A stretch of DNA of 49,247 nt from Actinomycetales bacterium (GTDB lineage: Bacteria; Actinomycetota; Actinomycetes; Actinomycetales; CAWJMD01), in NCBI GenBank assembly GCA_038213835.1, contig JBBQSN010000002.1:1-49247 (forward strand), given 5' to 3'. The notes below the pieces were generated by a model that was given only the letters and a program-made list of their open reading frames with translations, was not told where the DNA came from and did not search any database. This document shows, in pieces, positions 22,298-32,222 of the stretch. The position numbers and the translations under genes were made by a program. How positions within the stretch are numbered: position 1 is the stretch's first letter; each line of letters begins with the position of its first letter.

Positions 22298-23287
22298 TTG
22301 AGCGCCACTCCCGTCAAGATCGCCGTCACCGGCGCCGCCGGCCAGATCGGTTACAGCCTGCTCTTCCGCCTCGCCAGCGGCGACCTGCTGGGGCCCGACA
22401 CCCCGGTCGAGCTGCGGCTGCTCGAGATCACGCCGGCCCTGAAGGCCCTCGAGGGCGTGGTGATGGAGCTGGCCGACTGCGCGGTCCCCCCCCTGGCCGG
22501 GGTCGAGATCGGTGACGACGCCGCGACCGTCTTCGACGGCGTGAACCTCGCCCTGCTGATCGGTGCCCGCCCCCGCGCCGCGGGCATGGAGCGCGGCGAC
22601 CTCCTGGAGGCCAACGGCGCGATCTTCACCGCGCAGGGCAAGGCCCTCAACTCGGTCGCGGCGGCCGACGTCCGGATCGGCGTCACCGGGAACCCGGCCA
22701 ACACCAACGCGCTGATCGCGATGACGAACGCCCCCGACATCCCCACCGAGCGGTTCTCGGCCCTGACCCGCCTGGACCACAACCGCGCCATCTCGCAGCT
22801 GGCCGCCAAGACGGGCGCGGCGGTCACCGACATCGCGAAGATGACGATCTGGGGCAACCACTCGGCCACCCAGTACCCCGACATCTTCCATGCCGAGATC
22901 GGTGGCCGGAACGCGGCCGATGTCGTCGACGACCAGGCCTGGCTCGAGGAGGACTTCATCCCGACCGTCGCCAAGCGCGGCGCCGCGATCATCGCCGCCC
23001 GCGGTTCGTCGTCGGCCGCGAGCGCCGCCTCGGCCACGATCGACGCCGCCCGCGACTGGCTCACCGGCAGCGCGGCCGACGACTGGGTCTCGATGGCCGT
23101 GCGCTCCGACGGCTCCTACGGCGTCCCCGAGGGCATCGTCTCCTCCTTCCCCGTCACCACCTCGGGAGGCGACTGGTCGATCGTCCAGGGCCTGGAGATC
23201 GACGACTTCTCCCGCGGTCGGATCGACGCCAGCGTCGCCGAGCTGCAGGAGGAGAGGGACGCCGTCACCCAGCTGGGCCTGATCTGA
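22298..23287 (+). CDS. mdh: malate dehydrogenase
   Basis: [22 protein letters not shown] Rossmann motif, [23 protein letters not shown] and WGNHS. TTG start with a GAAGGGGA SD. Confidence 0.95.
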   Translation: MSATPVKIAVTGAAGQIGYSLLFRLASGDLLGPDTPVELRLLEITPALKALEGVVMELADCAVPPLAGVEIGDDAATVFDGVNLALLIGARPRAAGMERGDLLEANGAIFTAQGKALNSVAAADVRIGVTGNPANTNALIAMTNAPDIPTERFSALTRLDHNRAISQLAAKTGAAVTDIAKMTIWGNHSATQYPDIFHAEIGGRNAADVVDDQAWLEEDFIPTVAKRGAAIIAARGSSSAASAASATIDAARDWLTGSAADDWVSMAVRSDGSYGVPEGIVSSFPVTTSGGDWSIVQGLEIDDFSRGRIDASVAELQEERDAVTQLGLI

Positions 23288-23339
23288 GCGACGCCAGCGT
23301 TCCCGACCGGAACGGTCGGATCGGCCGTACGCTGGAGCC

Positions 23340-24215
23340 ATGGAGAGCTCACCGCTCGCCGGACGGGGGGTGGGGGTGGCCTGGAGGCCCCCGCTCGGTG
23401 ACTGGCTGGTCGAGCGGACCGCGGACACCACGCACCCGCTGCGCTTCAGCGAGGTGGTCGCCGAGAACGTCTCCCCCGCAACGCTTCCGCGCGCACTGAC
23501 CATGCTCGTCGCGCGCGGTGCCGTCGTGGTTCCGCACGGCGTCGGCCTCGGGCTCGCCGGGGCCGACCTGCCCGACGCGGGACGACTGGCGCACCTGGCG
23601 TCCCTGGCCGAGGTGCTCGGCGCCCCACTGATCAGCGAGCACGTCGCGTTCGTCCGGGCCGGCGCCCCGGGGCCGGACGACCTGCACTCCGACGTGCTGG
23701 AGGCCGGCCACCTGGTGCCCGCGCCGCGCACCCGGGAGTCGCTCGACGTCCTGGTCGAGAACGTCCGGGCGGCCCAGGACGCCCTGCCGGTCCCGCTGGC
23801 CCTGGAGAACGTGGCCGCCACCCTGGCCTGGCCCGAGGACGAGCTGGACGAGCCGGCGTTCCTCACCGAGCTGGCCGAGCGCACCGGCTGCTGGGTGCTG
23901 CTCGACGTCGCCAACCTGTACGCGACCTGCCAGGCGCACGGCGGCGACCCGCACGCGCTGCTGGCCCGGATGCCGCTGGAACGGGTCGCCTACGCGCACG
24001 TGGCCGGTGGCGCCGTGCAGCACGGGGTGTACCTCGACACACACGCCCATCCGGTCCCCGAGCCGGTGCTCGACCTGGTGAGCGACCTGCTGGAGCGCAC
24101 CGGGCCGTACGGGCCGCCGTTGCTGCTCGAGCGCGACGAGGACGTGTCGGTCGGCACCGTGGCCCCTGAGCTGGCCGTGCTGCGGGCCCGGCTCCCCCTG
24201 GCGGTGACCTCGTGA
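23340..24215 (+). CDS. DUF692/UPF0276 family protein = multinuclear non-heme iron oxidase (MNIO, MbnB/TglH/BufB-like)
   Basis: 291-aa TIM-barrel-type sequence carrying the family's ordered ligand motifs: PHGVGLGL, SEHVAF, ALENV, LLDVANLY, AHVAGG, YLDTHAHPV and LLERDED. Confidence 0.85.
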   Translation: MESSPLAGRGVGVAWRPPLGDWLVERTADTTHPLRFSEVVAENVSPATLPRALTMLVARGAVVVPHGVGLGLAGADLPDAGRLAHLASLAEVLGAPLISEHVAFVRAGAPGPDDLHSDVLEAGHLVPAPRTRESLDVLVENVRAAQDALPVPLALENVAATLAWPEDELDEPAFLTELAERTGCWVLLDVANLYATCQAHGGDPHALLARMPLERVAYAHVAGGAVQHGVYLDTHAHPVPEPVLDLVSDLLERTGPYGPPLLLERDEDVSVGTVAPELAVLRARLPLAVTS

Positions 24216-24649
24216 CCACGACGACGTCGGCCCGGGAACAGTTGCGGCGCAGGCAGTCCACTGTGCTCGCCGAGGTGATGGCCGGCCGGGTGCCGGACGG
24301 CTTCGACGAACGCACGACCTGGGTCACCGGCCTCGTGCTGCGGTCCAAGCGGCGGCGGACCGCCGTCGGGGCGCTGCCGTTCCTGGCCGCCGTGCCGGAC
24401 CTGCCCGAGCGGTTCGACGAGTACGCGCTGCAGAACCCGCCGGCCGGGTGCGCCCACGACGACGCCGACGCGTTCGCCGCCTGGGCGCAGGCGCGGGGAC
24501 TGCTGCAGGAGCGAGCGGCCCGGCGTGGCTGGCGCGAGCGGCAGGTCGAGCTCGGACGGCGACGGCTCGCCGTCGTCGGACGGGGACGCCGACGACGCCT
24601 CGTCATCGGCGTCGGCAGCTGGGTCTACGACATCGGGAGGGGAGCGTGA
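24212..24649 (+). CDS. hypothetical protein, candidate MNIO partner subunit
   Basis: 145 aa. The GTG start overlaps the MNIO stop (GTGA) and its stop overlaps the next ATG. It has high GC3 and an Arg-rich C-terminus. No family is recognisable by eye, and it is shorter than typical DUF2063 (MbnC/BufC-type) partners. Confidence 0.55.
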   Translation: MTTTTSAREQLRRRQSTVLAEVMAGRVPDGFDERTTWVTGLVLRSKRRRTAVGALPFLAAVPDLPERFDEYALQNPPAGCAHDDADAFAAWAQARGLLQERAARRGWRERQVELGRRRLAVVGRGRRRRLVIGVGSWVYDIGRGA

Positions 24650-24849
24650 TGGTCGTGATGGTGATGGTGCTGGCGGTCGTCGTCGGGGTCCTGGTCGTGA
24701 TGGTGGCTGTAGGAGGTGCGGTGGCGACGGCGAACCGGCGCGAGCGCGACCCGCACCGCCGCGGTGACGACGGCGGTGGCTGCGGTTCCGACGGCGGCAG
24801 CAGCTGCGGCGGCGGGGGTGGAGGCTGCGGGGGTGGCTGCGGCAGCTGA
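24649..24849 (+). CDS. small membrane-anchored Gly/Cys-rich peptide (candidate MNIO substrate, copy B)
   Basis: 66 aa: [69 protein letters not shown] 24649 overlaps the upstream TGA (TGATG; GTG 24646 is also in frame). A GGGAGGGGAG SD lies 5-14 nt upstream. It has one TM helix, a basic patch and a 4-Cys tail. Confidence 0.6.
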   Translation: MVVMVMVLAVVVGVLVVMVAVGGAVATANRRERDPHRRGDDGGGCGSDGGSSCGGGGGGCGGGCGS

Positions 24850-24888
24850 TCCCCGCACCACCGCAGAGCCGGCGCGAGCCGCCGCCGA

Positions 24889-25245
24889 TCAGGCGCCCGT
24901 GGGCACCAGCCGGGAGACCACGAGCAGGAGCAACGCGAGCAGCAGGCAGGAGGAGACGTCGAGCGTCCGGGAGCGGACCACCAGGGGACCCACGGCACCG
25001 GCGGGGAGGAACGCCCGGGCGAGCGCGACCACGACGAGCAGGCCGGCGAGCACCAGGACCGCCAGGGCGGTGCCGGACCACGTCGCCGTCGCGAGGACCG
25101 CCAGCAGGCCGAGGGTCAGGACCGCGAACCAGGCCCGCCGCCAGCGCCCGCGCCCGCCCTCGGGCTCAGGCACGCCGGCCCGCGCCGTCGTTCGGCCCCC
25201 GCCTGGTCGACATCGCTCCGTCCCTCCGCTGGTCTGCCCGCACAC
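24889..25245 (-). CDS. DUF3017-like small membrane protein
   Basis: Two or three TM segments (WFAVLTLGLLAVLATA.., LAVLVLAGLLVVVALA.., LLLALLLLVV). It lies downstream of purH, as in other actinobacteria. The start is uncertain: GTG 25245 or GTG 25173. Confidence 0.55.
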   Translation of the reverse strand: MCGQTSGGTERCRPGGGRTTARAGVPEPEGGRGRWRRAWFAVLTLGLLAVLATATWSGTALAVLVLAGLLVVVALARAFLPAGAVGPLVVRSRTLDVSSCLLLALLLLVVSRLVPTGA

Positions 25246-25327
25246 CGTAGTGGGCCGTGCCGGACTGGCCGTCGCGGCACTCGGGGAGGCGTGCCGACGT
25301 CACGGTCCACTGCCCGGCACGTCGCGC

Positions 25328-26923
25328 TCAGTGGGCGAAGTGCCGGGTCCCTGTCGTGTAGAGGCTGGTGCCCGCGGCACGAGCAGCCTCGAACACCTCC
25401 TCGTCGCGCACCGAGCCGCCGGGCTGCACCACGGCCCGCACGCCGGCGTCGAGCAGCACCTGCAGGCCGTCGGCGAACGGGAAGAACGCGTCCGAGGCGG
25501 CGACCGAGCCGCGGGCCCGCTCCTCGCCGGCCCGCGAGACGGCCAGCCGGCACGAGTCGACCCGGTTGACCTGCCCCATGCCGATCCCGACGGTGGCACC
25601 GCCCCTGGCCAGCAGGATGGCGTTGGACCGCACCGAACGCACTGCACGCCAGGCGAAGGCGAGGTCGGCGAGGACGGCGTCGTCGGCCGGCTCCCCCGCT
25701 GCCAGCGTCCAGGCCGAGGGGTCGTCGCCGTCGGCGTCGATCCGGTCGACGACCTGCACGAGGACGCCGCCCGAGACCTGCCGGATCTCGGTCGGGTCGC
25801 GGCGGTAGCCGTCAGGGAGCTCCAGCAGGCGGATGTTCTTCTTGCGCGAGAGCAGCGCGAACGCGTCGGCCTCGAACGACGGCGCGACGACGACCTCGGT
25901 GAAGACGTCGGCCACCTGCTCGGCCATCGCCAGGGTGACCGGGCGGTTCGCCGCGATCACGCCGCCGAACGCCGAGACCGGGTCGCACGCGTGTGCTCTC
26001 GCGTGCGCCTGGGCGATGTCGGACCCGACCGCGATGCCGCAGGGGTTGGCGTGCTTGATGATCGCGACGGCGGGCTCGTCGAAGTCGTGGGCGGCGCGCA
26101 GGGCGGCGTCGGCGTCGACGTAGTTGTTGTACGACATCGCCTTCCCGTGCAGGACCGTGCCCTGCGCGATACCGGGCGTGGCGTTCTTCTCGACGTACAG
26201 CGCGCCGCCCTGGTGCGGGTTCTCGCCGTAACGGAGCACGTCGGCGCGCTCCAGCGCCAGCCCTGTGAAGGCGGGCCAGCCACCGGTCACGTCGTCGTCG
26301 AGGTTCGCGGCGCACCAGCTGGCCACGCCGGCGTCGTAGGCGGCGGTGTGGGCGAACGCGAGGGCGGCCAGACGGCGGCGGGCGGACAGGGCGAACCCGC
26401 CGGCGCCGGCGGCCTCGAGCACGGCCGGGTAGGCGGCCGGGTCGACGACGACGGCCACGCTGGCGTGGTTCTTCGCCGCCGCCCGCACCATCGAGGGCCC
26501 TCCGATGTCGATCTGCTCGACGACGTCCTCCTCGCCGGCCCCGGACGCGACCGTCTCGGCGAAGGGGTAGAGGTTGCCGACCACGAGGTCGAACGGCTCG
26601 ACCTCGAGGTCGCGCAGCTGCCGTTCGTGGTCGGGGTTGCGGCGGTCGGCCAGGATCCCGGCGTGCACGCGCGGGTGCAGCGTCTTGACCCGTCCGTCCA
26701 GGCACTCGGGGAAGCCGGTGAGGTCCTCGACCTTCGTGACCGGCACGCCGGCCTCGGCGATCCGGGCCGCGGTCGAGCCGGTGGACACGATGGCCACGCC
26801 CGCCGCGTGCAGCCCGACCGCGAGCTCGACCAGCCCGGTCTTGTCGTAGACCGAGACCAGGGCGCGTCGCAGCGGCCGGTGGCCGGCGTCGGTGCGCGTG
26901 CTGGCGTCGGGAGTCGTCGTCAC
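25328..26923 (-). CDS. purH: bifunctional AICAR formyltransferase / IMP cyclohydrolase
   Basis: [44 protein letters not shown] and the C-terminal SDAFFPF..GGS.RD motifs. GTG 26923 overlaps the purN stop (GTGA). Confidence 0.95.
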   Translation of the reverse strand: MTTTPDASTRTDAGHRPLRRALVSVYDKTGLVELAVGLHAAGVAIVSTGSTAARIAEAGVPVTKVEDLTGFPECLDGRVKTLHPRVHAGILADRRNPDHERQLRDLEVEPFDLVVGNLYPFAETVASGAGEEDVVEQIDIGGPSMVRAAAKNHASVAVVVDPAAYPAVLEAAGAGGFALSARRRLAALAFAHTAAYDAGVASWCAANLDDDVTGGWPAFTGLALERADVLRYGENPHQGGALYVEKNATPGIAQGTVLHGKAMSYNNYVDADAALRAAHDFDEPAVAIIKHANPCGIAVGSDIAQAHARAHACDPVSAFGGVIAANRPVTLAMAEQVADVFTEVVVAPSFEADAFALLSRKKNIRLLELPDGYRRDPTEIRQVSGGVLVQVVDRIDADGDDPSAWTLAAGEPADDAVLADLAFAWRAVRSVRSNAILLARGGATVGIGMGQVNRVDSCRLAVSRAGEERARGSVAASDAFFPFADGLQVLLDAGVRAVVQPGGSVRDEEVFEAARAAGTSLYTTGTRHFAH

Positions 26924-27573
26924 GGGAGGGTGACCCTTCTGTCGTCGATGGTCCAGCCGGTCCGGGCCATCTGGCCCACGGTGTCGACGAGCACGGCGCG
27001 CTCGACGGTCTTGATCCGCTCGTGCAGGGACTCGACGGTGTCGTCGTCGGCCACCTCGACGGCACCCTGGGCGATGATCGCGCCGGTGTCGACCCCCTGG
27101 TCGACGAGGAGGAGCGTGCACCCCGTGACCTTGACGCCGTACGCCAGGGCGTCCGCCGGGCCGCTCGTCCCGGGGAAGGACGGCGACAGCGCCGGGTGGG
27201 TGTTGACCACGCGACCGGGGAAGCGGCCGAGGAAGGCCGGCCCGGTGAGCTTCATGAAGCCGGCCAGCACCACGAGGTCGGGCTCGTGCGCGGCGACGGC
27301 CTCGGCGAGCGCCGCGTCCCAGGCGGCCCGGTCGGCGTGGTCCCCGAGCCGGAGCACGAACGACGGTACGCCCTGGCGTCGGGCGCGGGCCACGCCCTCG
27401 GTGCCCTCGCGGTCGGCCCCCACCGCCACCACGGCGGCGCCGAAGGACGGGTCGGCGGCGGCGTCCAGGAGCGCCTGCAGGTTGGTCCCGGCCCCGGAGA
27501 CGAGCACGACGAGGCGGGCCGGACGACCGGGTGCGGCGAGCGCCGGCACGCGGATGAAAGACTCGGCCGTCAC
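26920..27573 (-). CDS. purN: phosphoribosylglycinamide formyltransferase
   Basis: [38 protein letters not shown] and [13 protein letters not shown]. The start is GTG 27573 (alternative GTG 27549). Confidence 0.93.
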   Translation of the reverse strand: MTAESFIRVPALAAPGRPARLVVLVSGAGTNLQALLDAAADPSFGAAVVAVGADREGTEGVARARRQGVPSFVLRLGDHADRAAWDAALAEAVAAHEPDLVVLAGFMKLTGPAFLGRFPGRVVNTHPALSPSFPGTSGPADALAYGVKVTGCTLLLVDQGVDTGAIIAQGAVEVADDDTVESLHERIKTVERAVLVDTVGQMARTGWTIDDRRVTLP

Positions 27574-27633
27574 GGGTGCTGACGATATCGGCAGCCGGGC
27601 ACTCCCCGAGCACGGGACCGAGGAGGTACGACC

Positions 27634-28041
27634 GTGAGCGGCATCACCAAGACACCCGCACCACTCGCTTCGGCCGCGGCCGCGGGACCCGTCCGGCTGT
27701 TCGCGCTGTGCCTGGTCGCCGCCGTGGTGGCCTCGGGGCTGCCGCTGCCCTACTCCCTGGGTGCCACGGTGTTCCTGGTCGTGGGTGCGGTGGCAGGGGT
27801 CCGAGCCCTGGTGCTGCTGGTGCGCACGGGCGGCCGCCGGGGCGTGGTCCTGCTGGTGTCCGGCCTGCTGGGGCTGTGCGCGCTGATGCTGCTGGGCGAG
27901 CTCGCCCGACTGGCGTTCTGGCCCGCGTACTCCGACTACGAGCAGTGCCGCAGCGGCGCGATCACCGAGAGCGGCGCCGACGCGTGCGAGGCCGAGTTCA
28001 GGAACCGGATCGTGTCCGTGCTGCTGCCACCCACGCGCTGA
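27634..28041 (+). CDS. hypothetical small membrane protein
   Basis: 135 aa with 3-4 hydrophobic helices and high GC3. Divergent from purN. Its 3' end overlaps the convergent perM-like gene by 44 nt. Confidence 0.5.
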   Translation: MSGITKTPAPLASAAAAGPVRLFALCLVAAVVASGLPLPYSLGATVFLVVGAVAGVRALVLLVRTGGRRGVVLLVSGLLGLCALMLLGELARLAFWPAYSDYEQCRSGAITESGADACEAEFRNRIVSVLLPPTR

Positions 28042-29236
28042 CCCGGCGACCCGCCAGCAGCGCACCGATCAGAGCCCCGGCGAGCACCTCGCCCCCCACG
28101 ACCGCCCCGGTCAGCAGCGGCGCGGGCCCCATCTCGGCCATCCGCCCCGGCCCGAGAGAGCCGGAGGCGGCGGCGCTGAGCACCAGCACCGCGACGGTGA
28201 CGGCGAGGACCACCAGGAACAGGTCGACACCCAGGGCGCGCCACCCGGCCTCGGACCGGCGGCGGGCGACGGTCCACCCGCCGAGCGCCCCGCAGGCCAC
28301 CACGACGAGCACCAGCAGGAGTCCGACGAGCGGGTCGTGCGTGGTCCCGGGCTCGGGCAGCCCGCCGAGGACGGGGACCGCCGGCAGCGGGCCGAGCGTG
28401 GTGCCACCCACCTGCACGACGGTGTCGGACCCCACGGCGAAGCCGGGGCCGGCGAGGTACGCGACCCCCCAGACCACCAGGACGGGGAGCACCGTGAGCT
28501 GGAGCAGCACCAGGCCGACGTGCCCGGCGGCGCCGGGGGCCAGTGCCTCGTGCACGGCCAGGACGCGGTCGCGGCCCGTGACCAGGGCCACCGCGACCAG
28601 CACCGTCCCGGCGACGCCGAGAGCGGCCAGGCAGCGCACCGACGCGGTGGCGAGCACGCCCGCGCGCTCCCGCAGCGGCCCAGCGGGCCACAGGTCCGGC
28701 ACCCGCGGGAGCCCGGCGGCGAGGCCTGCGACCAGTACGGCGCCGAGAACGGCGCGGGCCGCGAGCGGTCGCGCCGCCTCCGAGCCGGCCACGACGGCGG
28801 CGAGGCCGGTGAGCGCGGCGTAGGTGGACACGAAGGTGCCGAGTCCGGCGGCGAGGTCCCGGCGCGGCACCGGGTTCCGCACGGCCCGCAGCGCCTCGGT
28901 CACGCGGCGTCCCCCGACCCAGCAGAGCGCGGCCGCCAGGGCGGTGAGGCCGAGGGGCACCAGCGTGATCTCCCCGGACGGGAGCGCGAGCGGTGCGCCG
29001 TGCCCGAGCACGTGGACGTCGACGCCCACCCTGGCCGCCTCGGACCAGCGCGCACCGACCCGGGCCGACGTGAGCCAGACCAGCATCACCGGGACGACCG
29101 AGAACACCAGGCCGGCGACGCACGCCTGCACCGCCGCCAGCGCCCCCACGAGGTACGGCGACTGCAGCGCCGGGCGCTCTGGCAGCTGGCCGTCGACGAC
29201 CGGGGTCGGACGCGGCGCTCGGGTCAGCAGGCTCAT
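27998..29236 (-). CDS. perM: polytopic membrane protein, PerM-like (DUF6350 family)
   Basis: About 412 aa with roughly 10 TM helices. Its position immediately upstream of purN-purH and downstream of sucCD mirrors M. tuberculosis perM (Rv0955)-purN-purH. ATG 29236 is codon 16 of ORF 27998..29281. The assignment rests mainly on synteny and topology. Confidence 0.6.
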   Translation of the reverse strand: MSLLTRAPRPTPVVDGQLPERPALQSPYLVGALAAVQACVAGLVFSVVPVMLVWLTSARVGARWSEAARVGVDVHVLGHGAPLALPSGEITLVPLGLTALAAALCWVGGRRVTEALRAVRNPVPRRDLAAGLGTFVSTYAALTGLAAVVAGSEAARPLAARAVLGAVLVAGLAAGLPRVPDLWPAGPLRERAGVLATASVRCLAALGVAGTVLVAVALVTGRDRVLAVHEALAPGAAGHVGLVLLQLTVLPVLVVWGVAYLAGPGFAVGSDTVVQVGGTTLGPLPAVPVLGGLPEPGTTHDPLVGLLLVLVVVACGALGGWTVARRRSEAGWRALGVDLFLVVLAVTVAVLVLSAAASGSLGPGRMAEMGPAPLLTGAVVGGEVLAGALIGALLAGRRVSAWVAAARTRSGS

Positions 29237-29421
29237 CGCGTCCCATCCTCGCCCGGACCGTGCGCGGGGTGGCGCTCCCACGCCGCCCGCCTCCGAGTTC
29301 GGTGCGAACGGCAGTCCTCAGCCCTCGACGACCTCACGGACGCGCTCGACCTCGTCGTGGCGCGGCGGTCCCGGCCTCGTCGAGACTTGCCGTGGCGACC
29401 CCGAGGGCGCGGGACGCCTCG

Positions 29422-29994
29422 TCACCCGCGCGCCCGCCACTCCTCGGCGAGCAACGCGTAGCCGTAGCCGTCCATCCACTCGCCGCTACGGTGCAGGGAC
29501 TCGTGCACCGCGTGCGTCTCGCGACGCATGCCGAGCCGCTCCATCAGCCGCCACGACGGGGTGTTGTCGGCGAAGCACAGCGCCTCGACCCGCCGCACCC
29601 CGAGGTCCTCGAAACAGAGCCGGAGCAGCTCGGTGACCGCCTCGGTGGCGTAGCCGCGGCCGCCGACCCCGGGCGCGAAACACCAGCCGAGCTCGGCCTG
29701 GGTGGCCACCGCCTGCTCCTTGACCTCGGCCTGGGCCCAGGCGTCCTGGACCCGCACCATGAGGTCACCCACGACCTCGCCCTCGAGCTCGACCATGAGC
29801 GTGCTGGTGAGCCGGTGCGGCGCGAGGAACTGCTCCCGGAACGTGGGGAGGTCGGCCCCGGCGCTGCTGATCCAATGGTTGACGTCGTCGAGCCGCCGGT
29901 AGGACCAGGCCGCCTCGACGTCGTCCGGGGCGACCGGCCGCAGCACCAGCCGCTCGGTGCGCACCGGCCACCCGAGGTCCGCCAGGGACGTCAC
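29422..29994 (-). CDS. GNAT-family N-acetyltransferase (RimJ/RimL-like)
   Basis: RTERLVLRPVAPDD N-terminus and acetyl-CoA motif GVGGRGYATEAV. Begins 16 nt downstream of sucD. Confidence 0.85.
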   Translation of the reverse strand: MTSLADLGWPVRTERLVLRPVAPDDVEAAWSYRRLDDVNHWISSAGADLPTFREQFLAPHRLTSTLMVELEGEVVGDLMVRVQDAWAQAEVKEQAVATQAELGWCFAPGVGGRGYATEAVTELLRLCFEDLGVRRVEALCFADNTPSWRLMERLGMRRETHAVHESLHRSGEWMDGYGYALLAEEWRARG

Positions 29995-30010
29995 CTGAGC
30001 ACCCGCGATC

Positions 30011-30898
30011 TCACAGCGACTGCATGATCTCCCGCATCAGGTCCGCGGCCTCGCTCGGCGTCTTGCCGACCTTGACCCCGGCCGCCTCGAGGGCGTCCTT
30101 CTTGGCCTGGGCGGTGCCGGACGAGCCGGAGACGATCGCGCCGGCGTGGCCCATCGTCTTGCCCTCGGGGGCGGTGAAGCCGGCGACGTAGCCGACGACC
30201 GGCTTGGTCACGTGGTCCTTGATGTAGGCGGCCGCGCGCTCCTCGGCGTCGCCGCCGATCTCGCCGATCATCACGATCGCCGCTGTCTCGGGGTCGTTCT
30301 CGAACGCCTCGAGGCAGTCGATGTGCGTGGTGCCGATGATCGGGTCGCCGCCGATGCCGACGGCGGTGGAGAAGCCGAAGTCCCGCAGCTCGTACATCAT
30401 CTGGTAGGTCAGCGTGCCGGACTTGCTGACCAGCCCGACCTTGCCGGGACCGGAGATGGTGGCCGGGATGATGCCGGCGTTGGACTGCCCGGGGCTGATC
30501 AGGCCGGGGCAGTTCGGGCCGATCACCCGGGTGCTGCCGGAGGCCTTGGCGTGCGCCCAGAGCTCGGCGCTGTCCTTGACCGCCACGCCCTCGGTGATGA
30601 CCACGGCGAGCGGGACGCCGGCGTCGATCGCCTCCACCGCGGCCGCCTTGGTGAAGGCGGCCGGGACGAAGATGACCGACACGTCGGCGCCGGTCTTCTC
30701 GACCGCCTCGGCCACGGTGCCGAACACCGGGACCTCGACACCGCCGTCGAAGGTGACGGTCTCGCCGGCCTTGCGGGGGTTCACGCCGCCGACCACGTTC
30801 GTGCCGGAGGCCAGCATCCGCTGGGAGTGCTTCATGCCCTCCGAGCCCGTCATGCCCTGGATGATGACCTTGCTGTCCTTGGTGAGGAAGATCGCCAT
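30011..30898 (-). CDS. sucD: succinate--CoA ligase subunit alpha
   Basis: [25 protein letters not shown] and GHAGA (phosphohistidine loop). Confidence 0.97.
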   Translation of the reverse strand: MAIFLTKDSKVIIQGMTGSEGMKHSQRMLASGTNVVGGVNPRKAGETVTFDGGVEVPVFGTVAEAVEKTGADVSVIFVPAAFTKAAAVEAIDAGVPLAVVITEGVAVKDSAELWAHAKASGSTRVIGPNCPGLISPGQSNAGIIPATISGPGKVGLVSKSGTLTYQMMYELRDFGFSTAVGIGGDPIIGTTHIDCLEAFENDPETAAIVMIGEIGGDAEERAAAYIKDHVTKPVVGYVAGFTAPEGKTMGHAGAIVSGSSGTAQAKKDALEAAGVKVGKTPSEAADLMREIMQSL

Positions 30899-30916
30899 GT
30901 CGTAGTGCTCCCTGTC

Positions 30917-32086
30917 TCAGCTCGCCGCAGCGAGCTCGGCGGCCTTGCGGGCCGCGCCGTCCATGGTCTCCGCGATCGTCACGAGGGGATGGTCCGCCTC
31001 CGCGAGGATGCGTCGCCCCTCCTCGACGTTGTTGCCGTCCAGGCGCACCACGAGCGGCTTGGTGGCCTCGTCGCCCAGCAGCTGCAGCGCCTGGACGATG
31101 CCGGTGGCGACGGCGTCGCAGGAGGTGATGCCGCCGAACACGTTCACGAACACGCTCTTGACCTGCTCGTCGCCGAGGATGACGTGCAGTCCGTCCGCCA
31201 TCACCTGGGCGGAGGCGCCGCCGCCGATGTCGAGGAAGTTGGCGGGCTTCTGTCCGCCGAACTCCTCGCCGGCGTAGGCGACGACGTCGAGGGTGCTCAT
31301 CACGAGGCCGGCACCGTTGCCGATGATGCCGACCGAGCCGTCGAGCTTGACGTAGTTGAGGCCCTTCGCCGCCGCCGCGGCCTCGAGCGGGTCTGTGGCC
31401 TCCTTGTCCTCCAGGGCCGCGTGCCCGGGCTGACGGAAGTCGGCGTTGGCGTCGAGCGAGACCTTTCCGTCGAGGGCGATGATCGCGCCGTCCTCGGTGC
31501 GGACCAGCGGGTTCACCTCGACCAGCGTGGCGTCCTCCTCGCGGTACACCACCCACAGCTTCTGCAGGACGTCGGCGACCTTGCCCTTGAGCTCGTCGGA
31601 GAAGCCTGCGGCCGTCACGATCTCGTCGGCCTTGGCGGCGTCGATGCCGACGGCGGGGTCGACCTCGACCTTGGCGAGCGCCTCGGGGCGCTCCTCGGCG
31701 AGGGTCTCGATCTCGACGCCTCCCTCGACCGAGCACATGGCGAGATAGGACCGGTTGGCGCGGTCGAGCAGCAGCGAGAAGTAGTACTCCTCGGCGATCT
31801 TGGCACCCTCGGCGATCATCACCCGGTGCACGGTGTGGCCCTTGATGTCCATGCCGAGGATCTCGCCGGCCCTCTCGGCGGTCTCGTCCGGGCTGTGGGC
31901 CAGCTTCACGCCGCCGGCCTTGCCGCGGCCACCGGTCTTCACCTGGGCCTTCACGACGACGGTGCCGCCACCGAGCTCCTCTGCCGCGGCCCGGGCCTCC
32001 TCCGGCGTGGTGGCCACCCGCGCTCGGAGCACGGGGACCCCGTGCGCCTCGAACACGTCACGTGCCTGGTACTCGTACAGGTCCAC
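30917..32086 (-). CDS. sucC: succinate--CoA ligase subunit beta (ADP-forming)
   Basis: [38 protein letters not shown] and NVFGGIT. Confidence 0.97.
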   Translation of the reverse strand: MDLYEYQARDVFEAHGVPVLRARVATTPEEARAAAEELGGGTVVVKAQVKTGGRGKAGGVKLAHSPDETAERAGEILGMDIKGHTVHRVMIAEGAKIAEEYYFSLLLDRANRSYLAMCSVEGGVEIETLAEERPEALAKVEVDPAVGIDAAKADEIVTAAGFSDELKGKVADVLQKLWVVYREEDATLVEVNPLVRTEDGAIIALDGKVSLDANADFRQPGHAALEDKEATDPLEAAAAAKGLNYVKLDGSVGIIGNGAGLVMSTLDVVAYAGEEFGGQKPANFLDIGGGASAQVMADGLHVILGDEQVKSVFVNVFGGITSCDAVATGIVQALQLLGDEATKPLVVRLDGNNVEEGRRILAEADHPLVTIAETMDGAARKAAELAAAS

Positions 32087-32222
32087 GAGATCCGTCCTCC
32101 GTCGTCGAACTGGGGTCAGTCGAACACTGTCAGAGAGTCCGGGCCGAGCCTAGCGGGGCGAGGGACCCCCGCCTCCTGGGTGCCGGGTGAGGCCGGTCAC
32201 CCGCGGTGGTCCGTGCGACTGC

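Noticed and set aside
22105-22329. Antisense ORF encoding a Pro/Glu-rich repeat ([12 protein letters not shown]) opposite peptide A
   Set aside because: It is the reverse-complement reading of the GSSCGG repeat. It has no SD or start context and runs into the mdh ribosome-binding region. The + strand frame has the TM helix, an SD and a paralogue next to the MNIO.
24525-24998. Alternative ORFs across peptide B (24525..24767 +, 24603..24998 -, 24625..24861 -)
   Set aside because: They are low-complexity shadow frames. Only the 24649 frame has a strong SD, stop/start coupling to the upstream gene, and an architecture shared with peptide A.
32104-32125. Two GTCGAAC motifs upstream of sucC, reminiscent of the actinobacterial LexA box TCGAAC-N4-GTTCGA
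   Set aside because: The two copies are direct repeats, not inverted, so they do not form the palindromic SOS box.
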